Part shown: piece by piece, positions 1 through 9,381 of the stretch
Layout: every line of letters begins with the position of its first letter
Position numbering within the stretch: the first letter of the stretch is position 1
Position numbers and translations under genes: made by a program
The notes under the pieces: model-generated
What the model saw: only the letters and a program-made list of their open reading frames with translations
The model's database searches: none
What the model was told of the DNA's origin: nothing
NCBI GenBank assembly: GCA_046294755.1
Contig: JBKBON010000006.1
Span: 50,452 to 114,451, forward strand
Direction of reading: 5' to 3'
DNA: 64,000 bases
From: Allorhizobium sp.
GTDB lineage: Bacteria; Pseudomonadota; Alphaproteobacteria; Rhizobiales; Rhizobiaceae

Positions 1-632
1 CCGTTGATCTCTACATCCACTTCGAGCGGGGTCAGGATCTTGCAGCAGGCACCGGCATCCGTCGCCAGCCATTCCGACAGGACGACGATGTCGTCGACAA
101 CCGCATCGACGCGACCGCCTTCGAGGTCGAGCTTGTATTCGTCCGCCGTCGGGTAAAGCTTCAGCTCGGAGTCAGCCATGTGCTTCTCGGCATAATTGGC
201 ATGGGTCGTGGACGACTGTGCGCCGACCGTCTTGCCCTTCAGGCCGGCGAGGTCGGTGATCGGCGAGTCCTTCGGCACGGCGACGGCCGGCGGCGTGTTG
301 TAGTACTTCTTCGAGAAGTCGACCTTTTCCAGGCGCTCGGGGGTGATCGACATGGAGGCGATGATCGCGTCGAACTTCTTGGCCTGCAGTGCCGGAATGA
401 TACCGTCCCAATCCTGGGTAACGAACTCGCAGCTGACCTTCATTTCTTCGCAAAGGGCCTTGGCAATGTCGATGTCAAAGCCAACCAGGGAGCCGTCGGC
501 TTCCAGGTTGTTGAAGGGCGGATAGGCGCCTTCGGTGCCGATGATCAGCTTGTCTTGAGCCATGGCCGAGCCGGCAAAGAGCGACAGGGCAGCGATCGAT
601 GCTGCGGCCAGAAAACGTGTCGGAATACGCAT
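1..632 (-). CDS. Amino-acid ABC transporter periplasmic substrate-binding protein (HisJ/ArgT family), 3' end runs off the window
   Basis: Not in the ORF track because it is truncated. Manual translation from the ATG at 632 (SD AGAGGA) gives MRIPTRFLAAASIAALSLFAGSAMAQDKLIIGTEGAYPPFNNLEADGSLVGFDIDIAKALC...QDWDGIIPALQAKKFDAIIASMSITPER, i.e. a signal peptide plus the SBP family 3 signature. Confidence 0.93.
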   Translation of the reverse strand, partial: MRIPTRFLAAASIAALSLFAGSAMAQDKLIIGTEGAYPPFNNLEADGSLVGFDIDIAKALCEEMKVSCEFVTQDWDGIIPALQAKKFDAIIASMSITPERLEKVDFSKKYYNTPPAVAVPKDSPITDLAGLKGKTVGAQSSTTHANYAEKHMADSELKLYPTADEYKLDLEGGRVDAVVDDIVVLSEWLATDAGACCKILTPLEVDVEIN

Positions 633-990
633 GAGATCCTCTCTGTTGGGTGGACGCCGATTGTTGTTGTAAGGCGGCTGTCCCTGATCGTGTGGCCTAA
701 TCGTCCACACTTGGGCCCAATATTCGTCTTGTTTGCGGGGCGAAATCAACAGGAAAGAGCGTGATCGGTCAAAATTGCTTCTCAAAACCCCTGCGTCTGG
801 CCTCGTGCGATTTTTTTGTTCCATCTGGTGTTGTCTGATGGAGCAAAAGTCGTTTGAACTCGTTCAGGCACGGTTAATCATGCGAAATCTAGTTTGGCCA
901 CAGTTTCGGTTGGCACAATCGAAGGCGCATTAAATGGCATGGCTCGGATGATCCTATCGGTGACCATGCGTAGGGAAGGAAACGCAAGTT

Positions 991-3237
991 ATGTTCAAGA
1001 ACAGATTGCTCGCCACGGTGGCAATTCCGGTTCTGTCCGTGGCCGTACTGTCAAAGCCAGTCGCGGCGTCGGTGTCCGGTCATCCCGAACGGCAAACTCA
1101 GACCCGGCAGGCTGAAGAACAACTGATCCAGCTCGCGCAGGCGGTCGTGTGCAACGACGGTACGGAAGCCCCGGACGAGGAAACCTGCGCCGCCCGAGAT
1201 GCGCAGGCCGCTGCCGAAGAGGAACAGCGCCGCGCCGCCGAGGAAGAGGCGCAGCGTCAGGCCGAGGCTGAGGCCGAGGCACAGCGTCAGGCCGAAGCGG
1301 AAGCCGAAGCCCAGCGTCAGGCCGAAGAAGAGGCCGAAGCCCAGCGCCAGGCAGAAGCGGAAGCCGAAGCACAGCGCCAGGCCGAAGAAGAGGCCCAGCG
1401 CGCAGCCGAAGAAGAGGCGCAACGCCAAGCGGAAGCCGAAGCAGAAGCGCAGCGGGCTGCCGAAGCGGAAGCCGAAGCCCAGCGTCAGGCAGAAGAAGAG
1501 GCCGAAGCCCAACGCCAGGCTGAAGCTGATGCTGAAGCACAGCGTCAGGCAGAGGCGGACGCGGAAGCGCAGCGGGCCGCCGAAGCGGAAGCAGAGGCCC
1601 AGCGTGCGGCAGAGGCTGAAGCCGCTCAGCAGGAAGAGGAAGCGCCTGCCGAAGAGCCGCAGGGCGTCACCTGTGCCGATGGTTCACAGGCTGCCTCCGA
1701 GGCGGAATGCGCCGCTCCTGCAACGGAAGATCAGGCCGCTCCTGAGGAGGCCGAGCAGCCTGCTGAAGAGCAGCAGCCGACGGAAGAGGAGGCTGCCCCC
1801 GAGCAGGCAGAACAGCCTGTTGATCAGCAGCCTACCGAAGAGCAGTCAACCGGCGAGGAAGTGCCCGCTGACGGCCAGCAGCCGGAAGGCGAGCAGGTTC
1901 TCGTGCCTGCGGTCGAGCCTGCGGAGAATCAGCCGGTTCAGCAGATCACCGATACCCGGACTGCCGAAGAAAAGGAGGCTATTGCCGAAGACCCGTCTCA
2001 GACATCCGAAACCGTTGTGCTTCCCGTCGACAACGGTGCTGCCGTCCTCGACAGCGACAAGGATGCCGACAACAGCGGTGGCGAGAATGTCCGTCAGCAG
2101 CGTAGCGAGATGAGGGCACAGGAAGACGTGGCTCCTCCGCCGGAGACGGATGCCGAAGCTCAGTCCGAGGCCGTGGCTTTTGATCCGCAGACGTTGCAGG
2201 CAACGATCTCGGAGCAAGGCACCACGATGGATGCTGCGCCGACCTTCGAAGTGCCGACCACGGTTACCAACGTGACCAACAGCACCGTGACCAATAACGT
2301 CACCAACAATGTCACGAACAACAACGTGACCAATAACACCATCATCCAGAACAATGTGGTGAACCAGGTCACGGAGATCCGGGTCATCGAGCAGGTCGAT
2401 AACCGGACGGTCATCAATGTCGGCAACCAGATCGTCGTTCGCAGCGACGACCGGCCGCGGCTGCGCTGGGATGCGGACCGGACCTATTACGAGCAGCTGC
2501 CGCGTGGTCGCACGCGCGAGACCATCGAACGTGCCGATGGCAGCAAGCTCGTGACGGTCTACAACCGCTACGGGGACATTATCATCCGCTCGCGGATCTC
2601 GCCCCGCGGCCGTGAATATGTGCTGATTTATTCGCCGGAAGCCGATAGCGAGCGTCCTCGCGTCCTCGTCGACGTGGGTCTGTCGCTCCCGCCGATGCGT
2701 CTGACCATCCCGGTCAACGACTACATCATCAGCACATCGCGCGCCCCGGACCGCGACTACTACGACTTCCTCGCCCGCCCGCCGGTCGAGCGTGTCGAGC
2801 GCGTCTACTCGATCGACGAAGTCAAGTCGTCGGCACGTATCCGCGACAAGGTCCGTCGTATCGACCTCGATACGATCACCTTCCCGTCTGGTTCGGCGGA
2901 AGTTCCACTGGAGCAGGCAAGGACGCTGCGTCGCGTGGCTCAGGCCATGGAAAAGCTGCTTGAAAAGGATCCGGGTGAAGTCTTCCTGATCGAGGGCCAT
3001 ACGGATGCCGTGGGTTCGGATCGCTCGAACCTGATCCTGTCGGACAAGCGTGCGGAAACCGTCGCCAACCTGCTCACCGAAGTCTACGGCATCCCGCCGG
3101 AGAACATGTCGGTCCAGGGTTATGGCGAGCGGTTCCTGAAGATCCGCACGGAAGCCGCTGAGCAGCAGAACCGCCGCGTAGCCATCCGCCGTGTCACGAC
3201 GCTGGTGCGTCCGGCCAACGTGTCTAGCAACAACTGA
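991..3237 (+). CDS. OmpA-C-terminal (peptidoglycan-binding) domain protein with a long low-complexity N-terminal region
   Basis: Signal peptide; E/A/Q/R helical repeats; C-terminal OmpA-like domain (ITFPSGSAE...IEGHTDAVGS...NLILSDKRAETV...GYGE...NRRVAI). Confidence 0.9.
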   Translation: MFKNRLLATVAIPVLSVAVLSKPVAASVSGHPERQTQTRQAEEQLIQLAQAVVCNDGTEAPDEETCAARDAQAAAEEEQRRAAEEEAQRQAEAEAEAQRQAEAEAEAQRQAEEEAEAQRQAEAEAEAQRQAEEEAQRAAEEEAQRQAEAEAEAQRAAEAEAEAQRQAEEEAEAQRQAEADAEAQRQAEADAEAQRAAEAEAEAQRAAEAEAAQQEEEAPAEEPQGVTCADGSQAASEAECAAPATEDQAAPEEAEQPAEEQQPTEEEAAPEQAEQPVDQQPTEEQSTGEEVPADGQQPEGEQVLVPAVEPAENQPVQQITDTRTAEEKEAIAEDPSQTSETVVLPVDNGAAVLDSDKDADNSGGENVRQQRSEMRAQEDVAPPPETDAEAQSEAVAFDPQTLQATISEQGTTMDAAPTFEVPTTVTNVTNSTVTNNVTNNVTNNNVTNNTIIQNNVVNQVTEIRVIEQVDNRTVINVGNQIVVRSDDRPRLRWDADRTYYEQLPRGRTRETIERADGSKLVTVYNRYGDIIIRSRISPRGREYVLIYSPEADSERPRVLVDVGLSLPPMRLTIPVNDYIISTSRAPDRDYYDFLARPPVERVERVYSIDEVKSSARIRDKVRRIDLDTITFPSGSAEVPLEQARTLRRVAQAMEKLLEKDPGEVFLIEGHTDAVGSDRSNLILSDKRAETVANLLTEVYGIPPENMSVQGYGERFLKIRTEAAEQQNRRVAIRRVTTLVRPANVSSNN
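1249..1623 (+). repeat. Coding tandem repeat, 13 units of AQR(Q/A)AE(A/E)(E/D)AE (30 bp, two units 24 bp)
   Basis: Counted 13 AQR-anchored units in the OmpA-domain protein; the codons are synonymously diverged. Confidence 0.9.
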
Positions 3238-3259
3238 TCGAGCACGATCGCAACATAAG

Positions 3260-3293
3260 AAGGCCGCCGGAGCGATCCGGCGGCCTTTTCTTT
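3260..3293 (+). terminator. Intrinsic terminator between the convergent ompA-like gene and mobB
   Basis: AAGGCCGCCGGA-GCGA-TCCGGCGGCCTT followed by TTCTTT. Confidence 0.85.
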
Positions 3294-3303
3294 CGGGTAA
3301 ATG

Positions 3304-3825
3304 TCAGGACCGGGGCGGGAGCCCCGTGACCGAGGCGATGAAGTCGGCAATCGCCATGGTGTCATCAAGGTCGAAGACCGGCAGATCGGTGTTCTCCACC
3401 CGGTGATCGGCCGCGATGGCGCGGATGTGTGGATCCGATGGTGCCAAGGGTTCGCGATTGGCGGAAGCTTCCCGGCGTGCCTCGATCTTCGGCACGGGCT
3501 CGCGTTTGTAACCCTCGATCAATACAAGGTCGCAGGGGCCGATCCTCGCGAGGATCTCTTCGAAACTCGGCTCCTGGGCCCCGCGCAACTCATGCATGAT
3601 GGCGTAGCGTGTGCCGGAGACGATGACCACTTCGTGCGCGCCAGCCTCCCGGTGGCGGTAGCTGTCGGCACCGACCTTGTCGATATCGAAGTCGTGGTGG
3701 GCGTGCTTGATCGTCGAGATCCGGTAACCGCGGCGGGTGAACTCCTCAACAAGACGCACGGCAAGCCCGGTCTTGCCGGAATTCTTCCAGCCGGCGATGC
3801 CGAAAATGCGAGGACTGACCGTCAT
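3304..3825 (-). CDS. mobB: Molybdopterin-guanine dinucleotide biosynthesis protein B
   Basis: P-loop GWKNSGKT, IKHAHHDFDID, DLVLIEGYK; overlaps the mobA stop. Confidence 0.95.
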   Translation of the reverse strand: MTVSPRIFGIAGWKNSGKTGLAVRLVEEFTRRGYRISTIKHAHHDFDIDKVGADSYRHREAGAHEVVIVSGTRYAIMHELRGAQEPSFEEILARIGPCDLVLIEGYKREPVPKIEARREASANREPLAPSDPHIRAIAADHRVENTDLPVFDLDDTMAIADFIASVTGLPPRS

Positions 3826-4448
3826 TGCTGACCCCGTGCGAGGATAGTGGTGGCTAGTGCCAGATCATCCGGCGTGTTGATGTTGAAGAAGGGGTCGACT
3901 GGCCCGATCGGGCTCTCGAAGAGACTGAATTCGACGCGCCTTGCCGGATGGCGGGCAACGAAATCGAAAACGCGGCGGTGATCAGGGTTCTCCAACCATC
4001 GGTCTAGATCATCTGCGAGCGCCACTGGCCAGAGAGCCGTGACCGGATGCTCGCGACCGGCCGATACCGCCATCACGATCGTGCCGCTCTCGGATTGTTC
4101 CAGGAGCCGCGCGACGAGGTCGTGAGGCAGGAAGGGCGTGTCGCAAGGCGTCGTCAGGACGTGGGTTGGCGCGTTATCTCGTTCGGAAAACGCGGTCAGC
4201 GCCGCAAGAACGCCCGCCAACGGACCGGGGCGGTCCGGTCGGGTATCGGGAATAAGCGGTAGGAACTCGGTCAACGGGTGGTCTTCCGGGGCGTTGAGGA
4301 AAACGCTGTCGACCTGGAGAGATAGACCTTGCGCGACGTGCAGGGCGAGAGGCGTGTTCCCGAGCCTGATCATCGCCTTGTCTTCTCCCATTCGGCGTGA
4401 CAGGCCTCCTGCGAGGATGACGGCAGGGGGGCGTTCGCCGTGGGGCAT
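3822..4448 (-). CDS. mobA: Molybdenum cofactor guanylyltransferase
   Basis: VILAGGLSRRMGEDKA, GPLAGV, PCDTPF and FFNINTPDDL motifs. ATG at 4448 chosen (the track starts at GTG 4466). Confidence 0.93.
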   Translation of the reverse strand: MPHGERPPAVILAGGLSRRMGEDKAMIRLGNTPLALHVAQGLSLQVDSVFLNAPEDHPLTEFLPLIPDTRPDRPGPLAGVLAALTAFSERDNAPTHVLTTPCDTPFLPHDLVARLLEQSESGTIVMAVSAGREHPVTALWPVALADDLDRWLENPDHRRVFDFVARHPARRVEFSLFESPIGPVDPFFNINTPDDLALATTILARGQQ

Positions 4449-4452
4449 GGGG

Positions 4453-5691
4453 TCACCGTTCCTCACCTGGCGTCAAGCGGAGAAGGACCACGGCGATGAG
4501 GGCCAGCACACAGCAGGCGAGCATCACGAGGAGCAGTGGCATGGCGCCTGTTTCAACCGACAGGATACGGGAGGCAATCCAGGAGACGAGGGCGCCGCCG
4601 CCCATGGTGATCGCGCCGCCCAGACCGGAGGCGGAGCCGGCAAGTTCCGGGCGAACACTGACAATGCCGGCATTGGTGCTTGGCAGAGAGAGTCCGTTGC
4701 CGAATCCCACAATGACCTGTGGGGCGAAGAAGGCGAGCGAGGAGATGAAACCCTGGAGTAAGAGCAAAATCGGAATCGCGGCACCTGCTAGGGCAACGAG
4801 ACCGCCAACCAGCATCATTGTGTCGATGCCAGCGCGCTTGGAGAAGCGCCCAGAGAGATAGTTGCCGGCGATGTAGCCGGCGGCAATGAACATGAACTGC
4901 AGGCCGAGCATGCTCGGCGTGAGCCCCATCAAGGTGCCACCCACGAAGGGGGCGCCACCGAGAAAAGCGAAGAACGCGCCAGATGTGAAGGTGCCGGCCA
5001 TGGTGTAGCCCCAGAACCGCGGCGAGGCGAGCAGTTTCGGCCAGGCCCGGAACTGCTGCGAGAAGCTGCCGCTCTTCAGACGGTTTGTCTCCCCGAGGTC
5101 GCGTTGCACGAGCAGTAGCACGAGCAGAGCGGCAATCAGGATCGCCACGAAGTTCGACCGCCAGCCAAAGGCATCGCTGAGCAATCCGCCGAGCGTGGGT
5201 CCGATCATCGGGATCAGAGTCATACCCATCGTGACATAGCCGATCATCGAGGCGGCCTCTTCCATCGGCACCATATCTCGGATGATGGCGCGCGACAGGA
5301 CAAGGCCTGCGACGACAGCCGTCTGGATCATTCGCGCGATCGTCAGGATCTCAATCGAGGTCGAAATGACGCAGACGAGCGAAGAGGCAATCAGGATGAG
5401 AAGGGCGCCGATCATGACAGGGCGACGTCCATAGCGATCGGAAAGCGGGCCGATAATCAGCTGGACGAGTGCGGTCATCGCAATATAGCCGGACACGAGG
5501 ATCTGCACACGATCATACTTGACACCGAGGTCCGCTGCCATGGCCGGCAGGGCAGGCAGAAAGATGTTCATCGTAAGGGCAGAAAGTCCAGCGATCGCCA
5601 CCAGGCTGACGATATGCGGTGCCGTAGTCCGATCAAGAAAGCGAGAAGTCTGCAACACGTGGTAGTGTCCTTGCTGGAAGACCGGGATCAA
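4453..5691 (-). CDS. Bcr/CflA-family MFS multidrug efflux transporter
   Basis: MNIFLPALPAMA, GPLSDRYGRRPV (MFS motif A), about 12 hydrophobic segments. The true start may be at 5655-5658. Confidence 0.9.
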   Translation of the reverse strand: MIPVFQQGHYHVLQTSRFLDRTTAPHIVSLVAIAGLSALTMNIFLPALPAMAADLGVKYDRVQILVSGYIAMTALVQLIIGPLSDRYGRRPVMIGALLILIASSLVCVISTSIEILTIARMIQTAVVAGLVLSRAIIRDMVPMEEAASMIGYVTMGMTLIPMIGPTLGGLLSDAFGWRSNFVAILIAALLVLLLVQRDLGETNRLKSGSFSQQFRAWPKLLASPRFWGYTMAGTFTSGAFFAFLGGAPFVGGTLMGLTPSMLGLQFMFIAAGYIAGNYLSGRFSKRAGIDTMMLVGGLVALAGAAIPILLLLQGFISSLAFFAPQVIVGFGNGLSLPSTNAGIVSVRPELAGSASGLGGAITMGGGALVSWIASRILSVETGAMPLLLVMLACCVLALIAVVLLRLTPGEER

Positions 5692-6593
5692 CCGGGAGAG
5701 GCCGGATCGGCACGACGGGCAAGCGCCGCCTTTTTCTTGCTCTCACGGTAGAATGTGTAGAGCCCGGAGCCGATGACAATGGTCGATCCGACGATCATCC
5801 AGAGATCGGGGGTCTCATCGAAAAACAGCATGCCAAGAAGGACCGCCCAGAGCAGGCTCGTGTAGCGGAAGGGGGCAATGAAGGAAATTTCCCCGGCCCG
5901 CATCGCCATGATGATTGCCTGGTAGCCGGCAAAGAGAAAGACGGATGCAAAGGCCAGCCGTCCGAATGCGCTGCTGGACAATGGCTGCCAGCCCCCGAAG
6001 GCCGGAATCAACAGGAAGCCGGCAAAGGAAATGGAGGCGGCCGTGAACAGTGTTACCGTCAGCGAGGAGATATTGGGATCGATGCGGCGGGTGACCAGAT
6101 CACGGCCAGCGGCAGTGATGACGCAGAGCACGATGTAGAGAGATGCCAGCGTGAAACCCTCGGGGCCCGGCTGGATGATGACGAGCACGCCGATGAAGCC
6201 AAGCCCGATCGCGGTCCAGCGCCGCCAGCCGACAGGCTCCTTGAAGAAGAGAGCGGCGCCGAGGGTGACCGCAAGCGGTAGCGACTGCAGGATCGCTGAC
6301 GCATTGGCAAGCGGCACCTGGCCGAGTGCTGCCAGGAATGCAACGGCGGCAATGGTCTCGAAGATGATCCGGATCAGGATCAGCGGCTGCAGGATATTCT
6401 TGATGTGATCGAGCGCCCCCATGCGGCGGGCCACGATGTAGACCAGAAGGGCTGTGAAGGCGCCCCGCACGAACATGATCTGCGCCACGGTCAATTCCGC
6501 GGTCACCGATTTCGTCAAGGCGTCGTTGAAGGTGAAGCCAGCCATCGAGATCGCCATCAAAAGGGCGCCTCGGGTGTTCTCGGATAATGCCAT
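5688..6593 (-). CDS. DMT/EamA-family transporter
   Basis: Ten hydrophobic segments; LFFKEPVGWRRW and APFRYTSLLWAVLLGMLFFDE EamA repeats. Confidence 0.9.
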   Translation of the reverse strand: MALSENTRGALLMAISMAGFTFNDALTKSVTAELTVAQIMFVRGAFTALLVYIVARRMGALDHIKNILQPLILIRIIFETIAAVAFLAALGQVPLANASAILQSLPLAVTLGAALFFKEPVGWRRWTAIGLGFIGVLVIIQPGPEGFTLASLYIVLCVITAAGRDLVTRRIDPNISSLTVTLFTAASISFAGFLLIPAFGGWQPLSSSAFGRLAFASVFLFAGYQAIIMAMRAGEISFIAPFRYTSLLWAVLLGMLFFDETPDLWMIVGSTIVIGSGLYTFYRESKKKAALARRADPASPG

Positions 6594-6706
6594 GCTCGAT
6601 TCCCGTGCGTGTGGGCCGGTTGTAGACCAAGCGGCAGGAGCGAGAAACCTGAATTCCGCCGTTCTCTATAGGAAACGATGCTGCAGTGCCAAAATCGCGA
6701 TAAGCA

Positions 6707-6722
6707 GTTAACCTTTGTTCAA
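6707..6722 (-). promoter_or_regulatory. CtrA-like box upstream of the MCP gene
   Basis: Minus strand TTGA-acaaagg-TTAAC, one mismatch to TTAA-N7-TTAAC, about 100 bp upstream of the MCP ATG. Confidence 0.5.
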
Positions 6723-6822
6723 GCTCCAGCCGACAAGCTCTGATCCGGTGCCGCATGAGGTGGTTCCCTACCTTCGATCCTGCGCGATGATCTTGCAGGA
6801 CATCGACCTCCCCGAGGGGCCC

Positions 6823-9357
6823 ATGAGCTTTATCGATCGCCTCCTGCAAAGCCGCAGGATCGTCACCAAAGTGTTGTTGTTCGTCGTTCCACTCGTTCTG
6901 CTCATGGCCGGCGTCGGCCTCTTGGGCTATTGGACTGCCACCACCCTCAACGGTCATATGACTGTGACCCGCGCCACGATCGGCAATATCAGCGATCTGG
7001 AGACGCTGCAGCAGGGGCTGCAGGAGTTCAGCCTGGATCCGACTGACGTGAACAGGGAGGCACTGTTCGCGTCGATCGAGGCCCAGGAGAAGGGGCTTGG
7101 TGTTCTCAATGGCGTTCTGGCGAAGCAGGCACAGACCGGCGATCTCTCCGCCTTGACCGGTTTGCCAATCCAGATGCGCGAACAGACTGCGGCCCTGTGG
7201 GAGAGCAAGACGGCCAGGGAAGAGCTGGATGCCGGTCTGACGGCCGCTGTCGCTGCCCTGCAGGCGGAAAGCCAGCAGATCGTCAAGCAGGTCGATTTCG
7301 TCCGCAATGATCTGTCGGGCAAGGAGCGCTTCGCCAAGGAGCTGCTGTTCGACGCTTCCGCCTTCAAGACACTGCTCGAGCGGCTTGGGAAATTGCGCGT
7401 CGGCGTGCAGATGGCCTTCACTGCGGAAGAGCAGCTTGCAGAGGCGAGGCTCTACCTCGGGCCGATGCAGAAAGATCTGGCCAAGGCCACCGCCATTGCT
7501 TCGGAAAAGGGCAAGGTCCTCGTGGGTGAGGTGGCAGCAGCCATGGCCAAAATTGAATCGATCCTCGGCCAATCGGCGCCTGATGATGCACGGGCGCAAG
7601 AGCTCGGGCGGGTGCTAGCCGAGTTGGTCGAGATCGAGCAGAAGATCACTTTGCAGGCGGCCAAGAACAGCGACATCGCGGCCGACCGCTTCGTCAGTCT
7701 CGACAAACTTGTGGCCGAACAGAAGGAGCTGATGTCACTCGTCGACAGTGCTGCACTGACCATCGCTACCGTGGAACTGCGCGTTCAGCAGATGCTCGGC
7801 GCGCTCGATGACCAGGCCCGCGCCGTTGTCGTCGCTGAAGTCGATTCTCTGCAGAAAGTTGCCGCGCGCATCTCCGAGCTCGGTGCCAAGAACAGTGCGC
7901 TGCGCGACTTCCCCCAGAAGATCGCTCCGCATCTGACATCCATCACCGAAAACTCCCAGGCACGTCTGGATGCCGGGCGTGATTGGCAGGACAAGCGCCT
8001 CGCGGCCAATGCTGCCGTTTCGGCTGCAATGGAATCGCTTCGCAATTTCGTCAGTCAGGCGCAGGAAATCGGTCGTGAAGACAGCGAGCGCTCGGCAACT
8101 ATCTCGGTCATCACCATGGTTGCGGGAACACTGCTTGCGATCATCGGGGGCCTGATGCTGGTCGAGACACTGCGGGCGCCGCTGAAGCGCATCACCAGCG
8201 TCATGGCGCGGCTGGCAAATGGCGATCTGTCAGTGCCGATCGAGGGGCGCAATCGCGGCGACGAGATCGGCGACATGGTGCGCTCTGTCACGGTCTTCCG
8301 CGATGCGGCACTGGAAAACAGGCGTCTGGAAGAAGAAGCGGAAGCAGCTCGCTCGCGCTCCGAGCAAGAAAGCGCGCAGCGCGCGCAGGAACGGGCACGT
8401 GTCGAGGCGGACCAGCGGTCGGCACTGGAGGCGCTTTCCTCGGTGCTCGAGGCACTCGCCAATGGTCAGCTCAATGTCTCCATGCGTGACGACCTTCCGG
8501 CCGACTTCGTTGCCATGGCCTCGACCTATAATCAGGCGGTCGAAGCGTTGCGCGCGACGCTTGAAGAGGTTCGCGCGGCAAGCGTCGACATCAATGCCGG
8601 CACGGAAAACCTTGCTGTTTCGGCTGACGATCTGGCGCGCCGCACCGAGCAGCAGGCGGCAGCGCTCGAGGAGAGCGTCCGCGCGCTGTCGCACTTAAGC
8701 GATGTGGTGCGCTCGACGGCCGACGGGGCAGGGCGCACCGCCCAGTCCGTTCAGTCGGCCCGCGATCATGCGCGTCAGTCGGGCGTCGTGGTTCGCAAGG
8801 CTGTCGAGGCGATGGCCGAGATCAGCCGGTCGTCGGAAAAGATCTCGACCATTATCGGCGTTATCGACGAGATCGCCTTCCAGACGAACCTGCTGGCGCT
8901 CAATGCCGGGGTGGAAGCGGCGCGCGCCGGTGAGGCAGGTCGCGGCTTTGCCGTCGTTGCGCAGGAAGTCCGGGATCTCGCTCAACGCTGCGCCAATGCG
9001 GCCAAGGAGATCAAGGCGCTCATCTCGGTCAGTGGCGGTCAGGTGAAGTCCGGCGTCGAACTGGTGGAGAACACCGGTGTCGCGCTGCAGTCGATCATCG
9101 ATCAGGTCGAGGAGGTTCAGGCGCTGGTGGAGCGCATCTCAGCTGCCACGCGCGAGCAGTCGACCGGCATCAACGAGGTGACGTCCGCTGTACGCGATGT
9201 CGAGCTGATCACACAGCAGAACGCCGCGATGGTTGAGGAAAACAATGCCGAGATCCAGGGGCTCCGCCAGCGTGTCGATATCCTGATGCACAAGATCTCG
9301 CGTTTCCGCACTGACACGCAACGTGCCGAGACGCAGGTCTACCGTCGTTCGGCCTGA
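6823..9357 (+). CDS. Methyl-accepting chemotaxis protein with a large periplasmic domain
   Basis: TM1, about 385-aa helical periplasmic region, TM2, HAMP (RGDEIGDM), signalling tip [37 protein letters not shown] 6823 has SD GAGGGG (the track starts at 6715). Confidence 0.93.
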   Translation: MSFIDRLLQSRRIVTKVLLFVVPLVLLMAGVGLLGYWTATTLNGHMTVTRATIGNISDLETLQQGLQEFSLDPTDVNREALFASIEAQEKGLGVLNGVLAKQAQTGDLSALTGLPIQMREQTAALWESKTAREELDAGLTAAVAALQAESQQIVKQVDFVRNDLSGKERFAKELLFDASAFKTLLERLGKLRVGVQMAFTAEEQLAEARLYLGPMQKDLAKATAIASEKGKVLVGEVAAAMAKIESILGQSAPDDARAQELGRVLAELVEIEQKITLQAAKNSDIAADRFVSLDKLVAEQKELMSLVDSAALTIATVELRVQQMLGALDDQARAVVVAEVDSLQKVAARISELGAKNSALRDFPQKIAPHLTSITENSQARLDAGRDWQDKRLAANAAVSAAMESLRNFVSQAQEIGREDSERSATISVITMVAGTLLAIIGGLMLVETLRAPLKRITSVMARLANGDLSVPIEGRNRGDEIGDMVRSVTVFRDAALENRRLEEEAEAARSRSEQESAQRAQERARVEADQRSALEALSSVLEALANGQLNVSMRDDLPADFVAMASTYNQAVEALRATLEEVRAASVDINAGTENLAVSADDLARRTEQQAAALEESVRALSHLSDVVRSTADGAGRTAQSVQSARDHARQSGVVVRKAVEAMAEISRSSEKISTIIGVIDEIAFQTNLLALNAGVEAARAGEAGRGFAVVAQEVRDLAQRCANAAKEIKALISVSGGQVKSGVELVENTGVALQSIIDQVEEVQALVERISAATREQSTGINEVTSAVRDVELITQQNAAMVEENNAEIQGLRQRVDILMHKISRFRTDTQRAETQVYRRSA

Positions 9358-9381
9358 ATGGAAAAGAGGAGCCGGCGGCGG

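Noticed and set aside
1249-1623. 30-bp periodic repeats considered as a CRISPR or non-coding array
   Set aside because: No unique spacers, variation falls at synonymous positions, the repeats are in frame within a protein, and there are no cas genes.
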